This document shows positions 49,201-60,768 of a DNA stretch of 64,000 bases, piece after piece. Origin of the DNA: Candidatus Latescibacterota bacterium (GTDB taxonomy: Bacteria > Latescibacterota > UBA2968 > UBA8231); assembly GCA_965206595.1 (NCBI GenBank), contig OZ242214.1, forward strand, positions 1,184,001 through 1,248,000, given 5' to 3'. The notes beneath the pieces were generated by a model, which ran no database searches, was not told the origin of the DNA, and saw only the letters and a list, made by a program, of their open reading frames with translations. The position numbers were made by a program, and so were the translations under genes. The first letter of the stretch is position 1; every line of letters begins with the position of its first letter.

Positions 49201-49725
49201 TCAGCCCGCGGCGAGGACCTCGCGAACGACCTGCGCCGCCGTCTCGATGTCACCGTCGTCGACGCCGCGATGGGTGAGAAACTTCACGGAACCGGCATCG
49301 AGCACGCTCACTCCGACGCCTCTGGCGAGGACGCGCTCGCTGAACTCCTCCGGCGTCATGCAATCGATGTCCACGCGCACGATGTTGGTTTGCACGGTCT
49401 CCATATCCACGCGGATGCCGTCCATGTCGGCGAGTAGCTCCCCCAGACGTCGCGCCCGCACGTGGTCCTCGGCTAGCCTGGGGATCATGGTATCGAGGGC
49501 GACGATGGCGGCGGCGGCGAAAACCACCGTCACCGCGTCACCCGCGGCTTTCACCTCCCGCACCCGGTCCCGGGCGCCGGCCAGGCTGGCCAGGGGTTCC
49601 TCGCGTGAGCCGGGGTTGTCGTCGCGGCCATCGGGACTCACGTGGAGGACTGCCTTCGCGCCGGCGGTGACCCCGGCGCCGGTGGTGATGGCGGTGCACA
49701 GCATCACGGCACTCCAGAGATTCAC
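49201..49725 (-). pseudogene. In-frame chimera: secreted beta-helix protein N-terminus + threonine aldolase C-terminus
   Basis: LHVSPDGRDDNPGSREEPLASL, then from ~49519 AAAAIVAL...RLAEDHVRARRL...VQTNIV...THRGVDDGDI. Confidence 0.75.
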
Positions 49726-49791
49726 GGGATGATTCTCCTCGAGCCACGCACGGCGACCTCGCCGTTTCGCAGATCGCCCATGGACAATCCT

Positions 49792-50870
49792 CTATGCCTT
49801 CTCGAGGAACTCCCACAGCGCATTGAAGCGAGCGCCAGTGATCGGCTCGGTCCGCAAGCTCGAGGGCATGTCTTTTTCGCGGGTGGCGTCGGACATGTAG
49901 GTGGGAGCAAATTCGAGAGACTTGCGCAGACTCATCCCTGCTGACCCCGATCTCACCGGGGCGCCAGCGCACCTTGCATACGTCGAGCCAACCTGTGATG
50001 GTTTCGGTGTCGTCTTCGCAGTGCCATGCGACGACGACCGCTGCAAAAGCGACAAACTCGCCGTGGATCCAGCCCCTGCCGTTGACTTCCTCTGCGCCAA
50101 GCCAAAGGGCATGATCGGAGGCTGGAGCTGCCGGGTGCCGGAGGCTTTTCGCGTCCCGGTCCTGGAGGGTTTTCACATTCAGGCGAATGCTGTCCGCCGT
50201 CAGGTCTCCGTCCGAGTTCAGGGTCGCGGGGAACTCCGTGACGATATGGTGGAAATACTCAAGTAACGGCGATGGCAGACTCATCAAAGGGCTCACCGAT
50301 GCCGAGCCTGGTGCTCCGCCGCCATTCACAGAATCCGGCGTATCCGCAGAGCACGTCGCCGAGTCCCGCGGTGTTCAGATAGTAGGGGGCCTGCAGCACG
50401 AGATCGCAATCGATTACGACATGGTCAAAGTCGATCCAGGGCCACGTGCTGCTGGGGCCGATGGTCTTGTGGCCGTCCCACTTGGCGAAAATGCTGTGGA
50501 TGATAGCGCCGGTCGAGACGATCGTCGGGACCAGCACGAGCGGTATCCCCGTCTTCAGGGCGACGTACTTGGACGCGTCGAGCGCTATCCCCCCTCCAAT
50601 CCCGACGATCAGCTCAACTCCGTCTGGTAGCTTGTCAGTGATGTTTTGAAGGTGCGCCCAGTCCAACAATCGAGCGTATTCGACCCCGTTGGGCTCTCGG
50701 GCCAGGTGAGGGCGTGCTGCGTTGTATGCGCTGGGCGAGCTGACCGCAAAGTAGGCCGGCCAGTCGCCGCTCTCCTGATTGAGAAGGCCGCTGCCGCAGC
50801 GAATATCATGCTCGAGTGCGGTCTTACTGTCCTCGGTTCCTCCGCTCCAGCTCCCACGCGGGTTGTCCAT
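49792..50870 (-). pseudogene. Second, inverted copy of the G1P dehydrogenase-like gene, frameshifted
   Basis: Closely similar to 37598..38676; breaks near 50260 and 49930. Confidence 0.82.
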
Positions 50871-51142
50871 GATTGTGCTCCTCCAAGAAGGCAGCAGCCA
50901 GCGCCGCTACGTCCCGACGCGCTATTTGTCCGTCGTACAGGCTCTGTCGGCACTGAGTTCCCGGGTCATTTCCGAACCCCAGCGACCGTGAAACCGGCTC
51001 TCCCGTAGAATGCAATTGCACGCATATCTGTTGAGTGTACTCCACCCGGCAAGATGATGCGAGATCGGTAGAAATGGCGAGCAGCCAACTCTATCCCAGC
51101 TTTCAACCAAACTATCTAAAATGCCCTACCGAGGAGTAGATA

Positions 51143-51565
51143 ATGCCCAGACGATTCCAAAGAAAACGAACTGAGGGCTGGAGAATGCCGGAGGGTGCCG
51201 TCTATGTCGGCCGCCCTACCAAGTGGGGTAACCAATTCACCGGTCCTCGTCATGTCGCCGTGGCCAATTATCGCAAGTGGATGAACGAACCTCAGTGGCA
51301 ACAGCTCCGAGAGGCAGCCAAGCGCGAACTCCGCGGCAAGGACCTCGTGTGCTGGTGTCCGCTGGATCAGCCATGCCACGCGTGTACTGAGTGTACTGCT
51401 GGAAATAGCAAACAAACACTAATACGACAAGCTGGCTGTACCGACCTGAAGGACCTAGCTCCGACCGATCAGCTCATCGAGATGCCTCAGCGAAATCGCT
51501 ACCAACTCTCGTCTCGTGGAGAAGCTCTACTGGTAATGCTGAACACAGCCAATTGGGACGCGTAG
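51143..51565 (+). CDS. DUF4326 domain protein, probably with an unrelated tail
   Basis: VYVGRPTKWGN...ELRGKDLVCWCP...CHA. Confidence 0.75.
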   Translation: MPRRFQRKRTEGWRMPEGAVYVGRPTKWGNQFTGPRHVAVANYRKWMNEPQWQQLREAAKRELRGKDLVCWCPLDQPCHACTECTAGNSKQTLIRQAGCTDLKDLAPTDQLIEMPQRNRYQLSSRGEALLVMLNTANWDA

Positions 51566-51583
51566 CCTTCGAAGCTGAGTCAA

Positions 51584-53131
51584 CCCTCTGGTTGCATAAA
51601 AACAGGGCATTTTTCATCTCTGAACTGCCACACTTCACTTGCGGCGTCTCTGAAAATGGGGTATTGATGATGTCGACCAAGACATTTATCGACCCCTTCC
51701 AGGAGGACACCGCAAGTGAAGTGTAGCAAACAAGCCATTTTAGCCCGTTTTCACAAGCTCCCACGTCTTCGCTTCGAGGATCAACAGCTTACCTCCTTTG
51801 CCGGAACGATTGTTTTTCAACTCCTCTTCCAGCGCCTGGATCTCAAGGCTCGACTGAAGCCATGCTTCCCCGCCAAGAGCTCAGCGATCTTTGGTCCCCA
51901 TCTCATTGTAATGTGGCTCATCTTGCATCTGCTGCTGGGCTTCCGGCGGCTGCGCGACGTCGATTATTACCGGGACGATCCCGTGGTACTGCGCTTGTTG
52001 GGCGTACGTCGCCTGCCGGATGTGGCCACCGTCAGTCGCACGCTGGCGAAAATGGGCCCTTCCAGTGTCGAAAAAGTGCGCCACCTGTCTTCGACCTTGG
52101 TGGTGCAAGCGCTCCGGCGCGAACGCTGTCCTCGCCTGACCCTCGACTTCGACGGCTCGGTGTCCTCCACTTGTGGTCATGCCGAAGGTACCGCGGTCGG
52201 CTACCATCCCAAGAAAAAAGGGGCGCGCAGCTACTACACTCTGTTTTGCACGGTGGCCCAAACCGGTCAATTCTTCGATGTCCTTCACCGGCCCGGCAAC
52301 GTCCATGACAGCAAGGACGCTCATGAATTCATGATGAACGTTTTCGATCGCGTGGGCGACGAACTGGCGCACCCCGTGCTCGAGTCCCGACTGGACAGCG
52401 CCTTCTTCAGCCACCACACGCTTACCCTCATGGACCTGTATGGCGTCGGATGCACGATCAGTGTCCCTTGCGAACGCTTTGCGCTACTCAAGGACAAAAT
52501 CGAGGCGCGCCAGCGCTGGTGCTATCTCGATGAGCAATGCTCCTATTTCGAGAGGGACTGGAAACCCAAAAGCTGGCCGGCCTCGTACCGGTTTCTCTTC
52601 GTCGCGCCGTAGGGTACAGCGCCAGACCAAGGAAGCGCTGCAACTGGATCTGTTCGAACCCCGAGCATTCGATCACGAGTACCGCGTTGTGGTTACCAAC
52701 AAGCCGAGCTCGGCACGTAGCGTGCTCCTCTTCCACTATGGCCGCGGCGCTCAGGAAGGGATCTTCGCCGAGGCCAAGCAACAGGCCGGGCTGGATCTGA
52801 TCCCCACCCGACGGCTGCTCGGAAACCGAATGGTTACTTTGGGTGCGATGATGGCCCACAACCTGGGGCGCGAAATGCAGATGCTGGCGCAGGCGCGATC
52901 CAACTATTCGCGTGGCAAACGGCCGGCGGCGTGGACCTTCCAGACCCTGGGCACCTTGCGTCAGCGCTTCCTGCATCGCGCCGGGCGTCTCACTCAGCCC
53001 AAGGGCGAGTTGACCCTGACCATGAACTCGAATCCAAAAATCGAAAAAGATCTGTTGCATTTTCTCGATACACTGAAGGATGCGGCCTGATCACAACCAC
53101 CTCCTTCAAGCTGATTTATGCAACGTTAGGG
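51584..53131 (+). mobile_element. IS1380-family element with frameshifted transposase (51716..53090)
   Basis: Terminal inverted repeats ccctctggttgcataaa / tttatgcaacgttaggg; TCAA target duplication at 51580-51583 and 53132-53135; LTSFAG, LDFDGS, RLDSAF, RGAQE. Confidence 0.92.
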
Positions 53132-53351
53132 TCAACTATGGTCCCAATCAATATTCAGATCGATGAGTAGATTTGACCAACATGGAAGCTCAGACCGTTC
53201 GGATTACCGATCTGAACGACCATTCTTCATCTGCACAGATCGTGTTGACATGGTTCTGACGGCGCCATAGTATGCCGAGCGGATACGGATAGCTCGCTGA
53301 GAGACTGTGCTCGTGAGCTCCTCGTGCATTTCAAGCGAGCGGAGGGAAACC

Positions 53352-55946
53352 ATGGCAGACACCCTGAGAAGCGTCAACACATTGTTGAGAAGACCACCGT
53401 CGAGGTTTGCAACAGCACTGATGCCGCTCGCTGTCGTCGGTGTATTGGTACTGTCTCCCCTTGTCACGCCAGCCGCCGCTCGAACGGAGGCATTTGAAGT
53501 CGGTGATGCCAACAAAGACCAGCTGCCAACCGGCAAGGAGGCTGACGGCATACTCGGCGACTTCGTGATGCGGAACGACCTGATCGAAGCGACTATCTCA
53601 GGCGATCTGCCAAGACGCAAGGCAAATATAGGCGCGTTTTGGGCTGCCATCACACCAGGCTGCGTGTATGATCTCTCCGTACGAGGTTCCAGAAACGACC
53701 AACTCACCCTGTTCTCCCCGTCTTTCCAGCAAGGGGATGTCAATTATGTCCGAATCCTGGATGATGGGAAGTCTGGCAAAGCAAGCATTGAGACGGTCGT
53801 ATCTGCGGCCAGGAACAGTGGTCTCTACAAGCGCCATCTCTATCACCTCCAGGATGGCTGGCGAGGCCTTCTAATCGAGACGACCCTGCGCAACGAAGCC
53901 GATTCGACCCACCGAGTCGGCACGGAGGACCGGCTCGAAGATTTTCAGGCCGATGACCGCAACGTGGGTGAAAATACTGTCATCTACATTACTGATCCGG
54001 CGGACAAGGCGGGGTACGCATTCGGTTGGGTCGCTGAAGCGCCGGTCGATACACTGGAGCTGCTGCCCGGTCAGGAGGTCACCTACAAGCGTTTTCTGGC
54101 CGTCGGCACATCTCCCGCAGAGGCATACGGACTGGTGGTCCAGCGCCAGGGCGAATTCGGCACTGTTTCGGGTGTGATTGTCGGACCCAGCGGGAAAGGC
54201 GTACCGACGGCACACATCGAGATAACAAGCGACGACGACACACTGGCAGCCTATCCCGATGCTGACGGCAGGTTCAATTTTGCACTGCGACCGGGATCAT
54301 ACGATTTCCTAGTGACGGACGTGGGACGAGCGGAGGTACGTCAATCGTTGGCGCTAATCTCCGGTGAGGTCCGATCGCTGAGTTTTGAGATGGACCGGGC
54401 CTCCACCGTCGTCCTAGACATTCGCGATGAGGACGGCAGGAGCATCCCCTGTAAGGTCCAATTCATTGGCATTGAGGGCAACGAGTCACCCGATCTGGGA
54501 CCCAGCACAAGGGCGCACGGGTGTCTCGACCAGTATCACTCGGAGACTGGTCGGTTCGAAGTGCAGGTTCCGCCGGGAGATTACCGCGTCCTGGTAACCC
54601 GCGGCATCGAGTTCGGCCATCTCGAGAAGGAGATACAACTGCGTCCGGGTCGCACCGAGAAAATTCGGGGTTTACTCCGCCGGCTCGTGGACACAGAAGG
54701 TTGGGTCAGTACCGACTTCCACAACCACTCGACGCCCAGCGGCGACAATGTGACCAACTCCCGCGACCGCGTAATCAACCTGGCGGCAGAGCACATAGAA
54801 TTCGCGCCAACAACCGAGCACAATCGGCTCTACGATTGGCAGCCGTTCATAGACGAGCTGGGTCTGGCGGACGAGATTGTGACGATCCCTGGCCTCGAGA
54901 TGACCTTGGCGGGTGCTCACCTCAACGCCTTCCCATTTGTACCGGACCCGTACGCTCAGGATGGGGGAGCTCCGGAATGGCAGTTTGATCCTCGGATCAA
55001 CGCCATCGTGCTGCGCGATTTTCAGCGTTCGTGGGAAGACCTCATGCCGGAGCGATGGGTCCACCTCAACCACCCGAACATGTCGTTGGATTTTGTCGAC
55101 CGGGATAAGGACGGTCGAGAAGATGGCGGCTACCGCGGGTTGGCTGTATTGATTGACGGGGCCGAGGTGTGCGGCAATTGGGAGGTGTGGGGTGAGGACA
55201 TACTGGCTCGTTCACCGTGGCGAGTCGTGACTCGAGACGAGGAGGAGGAAGTGCGGCATCGTCGCGAGTTCATCTGGCTGCAATTGCTCAATCGCGGTCA
55301 TCGTTATACCGCCATCGCAGTATCCGACGCACATACGATCCACGGTAACGGCGTCGGCGGCTGGAGAACATACATTACTAGCAGCAGCGATCGACCGGCC
55401 GATATCGACTGGAAAGAGGTCGTAGGCAATGCCAAAGCCGGTCAGGCTCTGATCACCAACGGTCCCTTCCTCAGGGTCGAGACGGTCGACGGTACGTTGC
55501 CGGGAGGCAGTGCGCGAGCGCAGGGATCAATCGCACTGCGTATCGAGGTACAGTGCACTGACTGGATCGACATCGACCGCGTCCAGATCCTCGTCAACGG
55601 CCGGCAGCACCCAGATCTCAACTTCACGAAGGAATCTCATCGCGACTGGTTCAGCGATGGCGTGGTGAAATTCAACCGAGTCATCGACGTACCCCTAAGT
55701 CAAGACAGTCATATAATCATTGTCGCTACGGGCGAAAACTCGGATCTGTCGGTTGGGTACGGCAGCAGTTGGCAGGCACGGATGAAGCCGGTGGCCTACA
55801 CGAATCCGATCTGGGTCGATGTGGACGGAGGCGGATTCGTGCCTAACGGGGATGATCTCGGTTGGGACTTGCCAGTAATGGAGAAGACGGTGGAGGAAGT
55901 ACGCAAGATGCTTGAAGCCGCCGGGCTGGACGATTCTGGCGTCTAG
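53352..55946 (+). CDS. Secreted CehA/McbA-like PHP-domain metallohydrolase
   Basis: Signal peptide; DFHNHS..SGD, TEHN, HLNAFP, NHP, SDAH, NGPFL, AYTNPIWVDVDG. Confidence 0.85.
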   Translation: MADTLRSVNTLLRRPPSRFATALMPLAVVGVLVLSPLVTPAAARTEAFEVGDANKDQLPTGKEADGILGDFVMRNDLIEATISGDLPRRKANIGAFWAAITPGCVYDLSVRGSRNDQLTLFSPSFQQGDVNYVRILDDGKSGKASIETVVSAARNSGLYKRHLYHLQDGWRGLLIETTLRNEADSTHRVGTEDRLEDFQADDRNVGENTVIYITDPADKAGYAFGWVAEAPVDTLELLPGQEVTYKRFLAVGTSPAEAYGLVVQRQGEFGTVSGVIVGPSGKGVPTAHIEITSDDDTLAAYPDADGRFNFALRPGSYDFLVTDVGRAEVRQSLALISGEVRSLSFEMDRASTVVLDIRDEDGRSIPCKVQFIGIEGNESPDLGPSTRAHGCLDQYHSETGRFEVQVPPGDYRVLVTRGIEFGHLEKEIQLRPGRTEKIRGLLRRLVDTEGWVSTDFHNHSTPSGDNVTNSRDRVINLAAEHIEFAPTTEHNRLYDWQPFIDELGLADEIVTIPGLEMTLAGAHLNAFPFVPDPYAQDGGAPEWQFDPRINAIVLRDFQRSWEDLMPERWVHLNHPNMSLDFVDRDKDGREDGGYRGLAVLIDGAEVCGNWEVWGEDILARSPWRVVTRDEEEEVRHRREFIWLQLLNRGHRYTAIAVSDAHTIHGNGVGGWRTYITSSSDRPADIDWKEVVGNAKAGQALITNGPFLRVETVDGTLPGGSARAQGSIALRIEVQCTDWIDIDRVQILVNGRQHPDLNFTKESHRDWFSDGVVKFNRVIDVPLSQDSHIIIVATGENSDLSVGYGSSWQARMKPVAYTNPIWVDVDGGGFVPNGDDLGWDLPVMEKTVEEVRKMLEAAGLDDSGV

Positions 55947-56137
55947 CAGGCAACGCGCGCAATCACCGCGGATACTGACGAGGGTGTCGTCAGATTCGGT
56001 AAACGACAGCCCTATCGAAGCTTTCTCTGAGTCTCATGACTCAGGGAGTTGGTCAAACTTCACGAGTTCTTGGTAGTAGAGATATCCAACGTCCCTGCGC
56101 ATCAAACCGTGCAACTGGCGCCATCCTGGAGGATCGC

Positions 56138-58075
56138 ATGGAGAGAATCACCGCCACGGTACCCGTCATCACCCCGCCCTCATGGGCTGTCCAGCAGCGT
56201 CTCCTGCTGCAGACCGTGGAAAGATCGGCCCTTCCCTTCTGGGATCGGTACGTGCGCGACGACGGCGAGCTATACTGGGACGAGAGTTTCGGCGGCGTCA
56301 GCCCCGACGATTATGGTTTCGGCGGCAGCAGCCCCGACGATTTCTACGAGGCGTTCGACAGCTGGCCCCTCGTCTACCTGATGGGGGGTGGCGACCATCT
56401 GCTGGAGATGGCGCATCTCGGCTGGGAAGGCGTGACGCGACTGCTCACCCGCTGCGGTGCGGTGCACAAGGAGTACGCCCGGTGCGAAGACCAGTTCCAC
56501 CAGTCGGAGAGCGACATCTTCTTCTACCACCTGTGCATGGCCGATCCGGCCAATGCCAGCCTCGCCATACGGGCGCGACGCTTCGCCGGATTCTACCTGA
56601 ACGAGGATCCCGAAGCGATCAACTACGATCGCGAGCACCGGATCATCCTGTCGCCGTTCAACGGCTCGGGTGGCGCTCGCCAGACACCGACTGACGCGCA
56701 GCCGCACCCGTTTCGCGCGCGCGAGAACTACGGTCTGCCCACGTACGAACTACCCGACATCCAGAGCTGGAAGGACACGCAGGACGACGAAAAGGCGAGG
56801 CGTGTGGGCGAAGTCATGCACGGACGCTGGTACAGAGGGGACGTGGCCGCCAACCTCGCGATCTCGAGTCTGGTCACGAACGCCTTCCTGCTCACCGGCG
56901 AGGAGAAGTATCGCGACTGGGTTGTCGAGTACACCGACGCATGGATCGAGCGGGCGCGGGCCAACGACGGGTTGATCCCGGACAACGTCGGTCACTCCGG
57001 GGAGGTGGGGGAATACATCGACGGCAAGTGGCACGGCGGATTCTACGGCTGGACGCTCTATCACGGCTGGTACAACCTGCAGATGACGGTGACCGTCGCA
57101 GCCGCCAACGCCTATCTGCTGACGCGGGACAACCGCTACCTGGAATTTCCGCGGCGTCAGATGGACCGGATACTCGAGCTGGGGCAGATTCGCGATGTCC
57201 GGCGCGAGCACATGAGTCTGAGGCACCACTGGATCGGCCAGTTCACGGCCATGGGCGATCGGACGGAGACCTTGCTGGTGCCGTACCGTTACGGCGACGC
57301 CGGTTGGTTCGACTGGCAGCCCCCTTCACCCGTCTTCCTCGCAGCGCTTTGGAACCTGTCGATGGCTGACGAGGATTGGCAGCGCATCGAGCGCGTGCGC
57401 GAAGCCGAGGCCTACGACTGGAATGCCGTAATCTCCTACCGTACCAAGGAGGATTCCGGTCACGAGCAACCCTGGCTGCGTTTCCTGGCCGGCGCCAACC
57501 CGGACTATCCCGAATGCATCCTGCAGGCCAGCTACCAGCAGGTGGCCTGGCGCCTCGCCCTCGTTCGGGCCGAGACCGAAGTCGGCACCCATCACGACGT
57601 CCACCGCTGGCAAGACACGGACCCGGTTTCGTCCGAGGCCCTCATCCAGCTGACCCTCGGCGCCCCGCAGCCGATCTACAACGGCGGCCTCCTCCACTGC
57701 CGGTTGCGCTACTTCGACTGTGGGGCCAAACGCCCGGGGCTACCCAAGGATGTCGCCGCCCTGGTCGAAAAGGTGGAGGCCGGCCGCACCGTGGTCCGCC
57801 TCGTCAATCTCAACCCGCAATGGGACCGCGAGCTGATCGTGCAGGCCGGCGGCTACGGAGAGCACCGGTTCACGGACGCGGAGTACGACGCGATGACGAG
57901 CCCCTATCCGGGGCCCGCCAATCGCTATGCGCCCGAACCGATCACGACCGCAAAGCGCAGGGCCGCCGTGAACGGCAAGCATCTGCAGGTGGCGCTGCCG
58001 GCCGGGACAGAGATGATCCTTGAGCTGGGTACGCAGCGCTACGTGAACGAACCTGCCAGCGCCGGCCCTTTCTGA
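56138..58075 (+). CDS. Conserved hypothetical 645-aa protein (copy 2)
   Basis: Near-identical to 38783..40720; GGAGG RBS. Confidence 0.85.
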   Translation: MERITATVPVITPPSWAVQQRLLLQTVERSALPFWDRYVRDDGELYWDESFGGVSPDDYGFGGSSPDDFYEAFDSWPLVYLMGGGDHLLEMAHLGWEGVTRLLTRCGAVHKEYARCEDQFHQSESDIFFYHLCMADPANASLAIRARRFAGFYLNEDPEAINYDREHRIILSPFNGSGGARQTPTDAQPHPFRARENYGLPTYELPDIQSWKDTQDDEKARRVGEVMHGRWYRGDVAANLAISSLVTNAFLLTGEEKYRDWVVEYTDAWIERARANDGLIPDNVGHSGEVGEYIDGKWHGGFYGWTLYHGWYNLQMTVTVAAANAYLLTRDNRYLEFPRRQMDRILELGQIRDVRREHMSLRHHWIGQFTAMGDRTETLLVPYRYGDAGWFDWQPPSPVFLAALWNLSMADEDWQRIERVREAEAYDWNAVISYRTKEDSGHEQPWLRFLAGANPDYPECILQASYQQVAWRLALVRAETEVGTHHDVHRWQDTDPVSSEALIQLTLGAPQPIYNGGLLHCRLRYFDCGAKRPGLPKDVAALVEKVEAGRTVVRLVNLNPQWDRELIVQAGGYGEHRFTDAEYDAMTSPYPGPANRYAPEPITTAKRRAAVNGKHLQVALPAGTEMILELGTQRYVNEPASAGPF

Positions 58076-58085
58076 CTCGCGCCCG

Positions 58086-58427
58086 CTACTTCCTCTTCTC
58101 AACCAGCTCGATCTCGTAGTTGTCGGGGTCGGTGACGAAGGCCATCCGTCGCCCGTCCTTGAACTTCTCTCGCCAGCCGTCGGGCCAGATCTCCAGACCC
58201 TCTTTCTCCAACCGGTCGCAATACGCGATCAGGTCGTCGACGCCGATGCAGGTGTGGATGAGGTCTTCCGGCACTTCCGGTTTGTAGTCGGACTCGGCGA
58301 ACTCCAGCGCGAAATCGTTGCCGGGCAGTTCGAGAAAGGCCAGGCGGTTGCCGGCCGGAGACGACGTCGAGCCCTTCGGTATCAGCGAGTCAGCGAACCG
58401 ATCGCTCCGGAGAGCTTCCAGCCTCAC
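58086..58427 (-). pseudogene. VOC/glyoxalase family gene, N-terminally truncated
   Basis: SPAGNRLAFL...HTCIGVDD...AFVTDPDNYEIEL; the N-terminal His strand is missing. Confidence 0.7.
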
Positions 58428-58696
58428 AGTCTGCTGAACACTTGGGAGAATATCTACGCCGATTGGTCGTCGGAGGAGCTGCAGTACTACTGGAAGAAGT
58501 GAGACCTCGAAGTCGCGGAATACGACAGCAGCTACTACGACAGGCGCGATGAACTAGCTTTCGAGATGGCGGGAGAGGGGGATGAAACGGCGCGATCGGC
58601 TCTACAGCGCGTCGTGGCGCGGAGCGAGGACGCGGGGAAGCGGAAACGGGCGGAAGAGCTGCTGGCGAAGCTCGACTCAGCGTGAGTGGGCGATGG

Positions 58697-59260
58697 GCTC
58701 ATGACCTTCCACGATCCCTCAGGAACCTCGATGCGGAGGATGTCGTGCTGGTGAGGAGAGAGGACGCGGATAGAAACCGGATCGATCGTATCGCCGCCGT
58801 CGACGCGACCGAGAACGGTGCAGACGTGCCGATCGAGGAGGGCTCGACCCGTGTTGGGGCGCTAGAAGCCGTCGTGCGGCCCTTCGACGACGTGTTCCCA
58901 CAGACGGATGCACCGGCCTGCGAAATCGGGGTTCTCCGCCACGACGGCCCCACAAGCGGAGCCTGACGGGTAGGATCCTTCGTCGTAGAGGATAACTTTC
59001 ATGTCGAGAGAAGCGGCTTCCTCTACGACGCGGCGGACGAGTCGGAAGTACTCGTCGGTGAGGTAGCCCACGCGGCGGGAGAGGCCGATTCGCGCGTGGG
59101 GCATGACGCCGCCGAACCCCGCTTCGTGAAACGCACGGAGCTGGCGAATCAGCTCATTTTCTTCAAGGTCGTCGTTCCAGAACCAGAAGGGGATGATGCC
59201 GAACTCGCGCGGCGGATCGAGGAAGGTTTTAAAGGCTTCGTCGAGACTCATGGAACCCAT
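58697..59260 (-). pseudogene. GH106/alpha-L-rhamnosidase-like N-terminal fragment
   Basis: FLDPPREF..IPFWFWN...GFGG..HAR.G...LYDEGSYPSG; TAG at 58862, reading frame continues to ~58697, then is lost. Confidence 0.75.
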
Positions 59261-59346
59261 TCAACGCAGAGGACGCGGAGAGCGCAGAGGGTAGGCAGGG
59301 GGTGCGCCCACCTGGACTTGGCGGTTCGAGTAGTGGGGTGGTTGCG

Positions 59347-60768
59347 TCATTCGGACGTGGCCCAGCGTTGGCGGAGGGCGTCGCCCCACTCGATCACTCT
59401 GTCACGAGGACTGCCGTCACGAAGCGGTTGCCGAACCAGTCTGCTTTCGTGTTCGAGAAGTTTCGCTCGACACGATGCAACGGCGTCCGCAAACTCGGGT
59501 TCCGAGGCGATGTTCTTCGTCTCCCACGGGTCGTTGTCGAGATCGAACAGCTGCTCCAGGCCGAGGGCGTCGGGGTCCGGTCCTGGAGGGATGAAGTCCT
59601 CGGGTTCCTTCGGCCTGTACTCGGTGACGTACTTGAACCGCCCGGTGATGATCGCACGGCCCCAGTAGTTGCTCTCCACGTAGGCATAGTCGGGCCAGTC
59701 TGAGGCACCCCTCTCGAGGAGGGGACGCAGGCTTCTGCCTTGCACATCGTCAGGCGCGTCGACAGCTGCGTAGTCGAGGACGGTTGGGAGGAGGTCGACG
59801 CCCGACACGAAGTGCTCCCGGTCGAATCGCCCGCTTCCCACGTCCAGACGATCGCCAAGGGTTGCGACGATGGTGGGCACGCGGATGCTCTCTTCGTAAA
59901 GCGCGAACTTCTGGAATGTCCGGTGCTGTCCGTTAGCTTCGCCGTGGTCGGCCATGAAGATGATCAGCGTGTTGTCCCGGAAGGAACTCTTTTCCAGGGC
60001 ATTGAGGATCAGGCCGATCTGCTGATCCGCCATTTCTGTGAATCGGGCGTGGTTCCACGCCAGAAAGCGCCATTGCTGGTCTGTCCAGTCAGCGATTCCG
60101 TTGAGGATCCGATGATGGATGAGCGGCTGTTGGCCGCGGCGGAAAACCTGTTGGACGACCGTCTCTCGTTCGTCGTAATCGAAGTTATCGGGCAGGGGCG
60201 GGAGGTCGTTTTCGGAGAAACCCTGCTCTTCGGGTCCGGGGATCGTCTTGACTTCGTGATTGTGCTCGTACTCGCAGATGTCGTGGGGGTTGACGAGGCC
60301 GATCTGAAGGTAGAACGGGTTCTCTGAGTCCCGCCGGTCGAGGAAGTCGATCAGCGCGTGGGTGGAGACGCGATCGTAGTACTCTCCGCCCCCGGCAGCG
60401 ATGTCCCACTTGCCCGTGTAGAGGTTCTGGAAGCTGTCCCGCATGGGTCGCCCGCCGATGTGCCACTTCCCGCAATGAACGGCGTCGTAGTCGCTTCGGT
60501 TTAAGACCTGGCCGAGGTCGGGGATGTCCTCGTGCATCAGGCCGCTGTTGAAGCAGACACCGTTCTCGGACGTGTAGCGTCCCGTCATCCAGCTGGCGCG
60601 AGAGGCCGAGCAGACTGGATCGGCACAGTAGCTACGCATGAAGCTGGTCCCGTTCCGGTGCAGGCGATCCATGTGAGGCGTTCGGACGTGAGGATGCCCG
60701 TAGGCCGATACGACGTTCCACGTCTGTTGATCGGTGTTGATAAAGAGAATATTCGGCCGGTCCATCAC
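59347..60768 (-). CDS. Sulfatase (formylglycine-dependent)
   Basis: PNILFINTDQ, CSASRASWMTG, GKWH, ADHG, YEESIRVP, LFDLDNDPWE. Confidence 0.92.
   Translation of the reverse strand: MMDRPNILFINTDQQTWNVVSAYGHPHVRTPHMDRLHRNGTSFMRSYCADPVCSASRASWMTGRYTSENGVCFNSGLMHEDIPDLGQVLNRSDYDAVHCGKWHIGGRPMRDSFQNLYTGKWDIAAGGGEYYDRVSTHALIDFLDRRDSENPFYLQIGLVNPHDICEYEHNHEVKTIPGPEEQGFSENDLPPLPDNFDYDERETVVQQVFRRGQQPLIHHRILNGIADWTDQQWRFLAWNHARFTEMADQQIGLILNALEKSSFRDNTLIIFMADHGEANGQHRTFQKFALYEESIRVPTIVATLGDRLDVGSGRFDREHFVSGVDLLPTVLDYAAVDAPDDVQGRSLRPLLERGASDWPDYAYVESNYWGRAIITGRFKYVTEYRPKEPEDFIPPGPDPDALGLEQLFDLDNDPWETKNIASEPEFADAVASCRAKLLEHESRLVRQPLRDGSPRDRVIEWGDALRQRWATSE

Noticed and set aside
52590-52620. Programmed frameshift in the IS1380 transposase
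   Set aside because: No slippery run at the site; IS1380 transposases are normally single ORFs.
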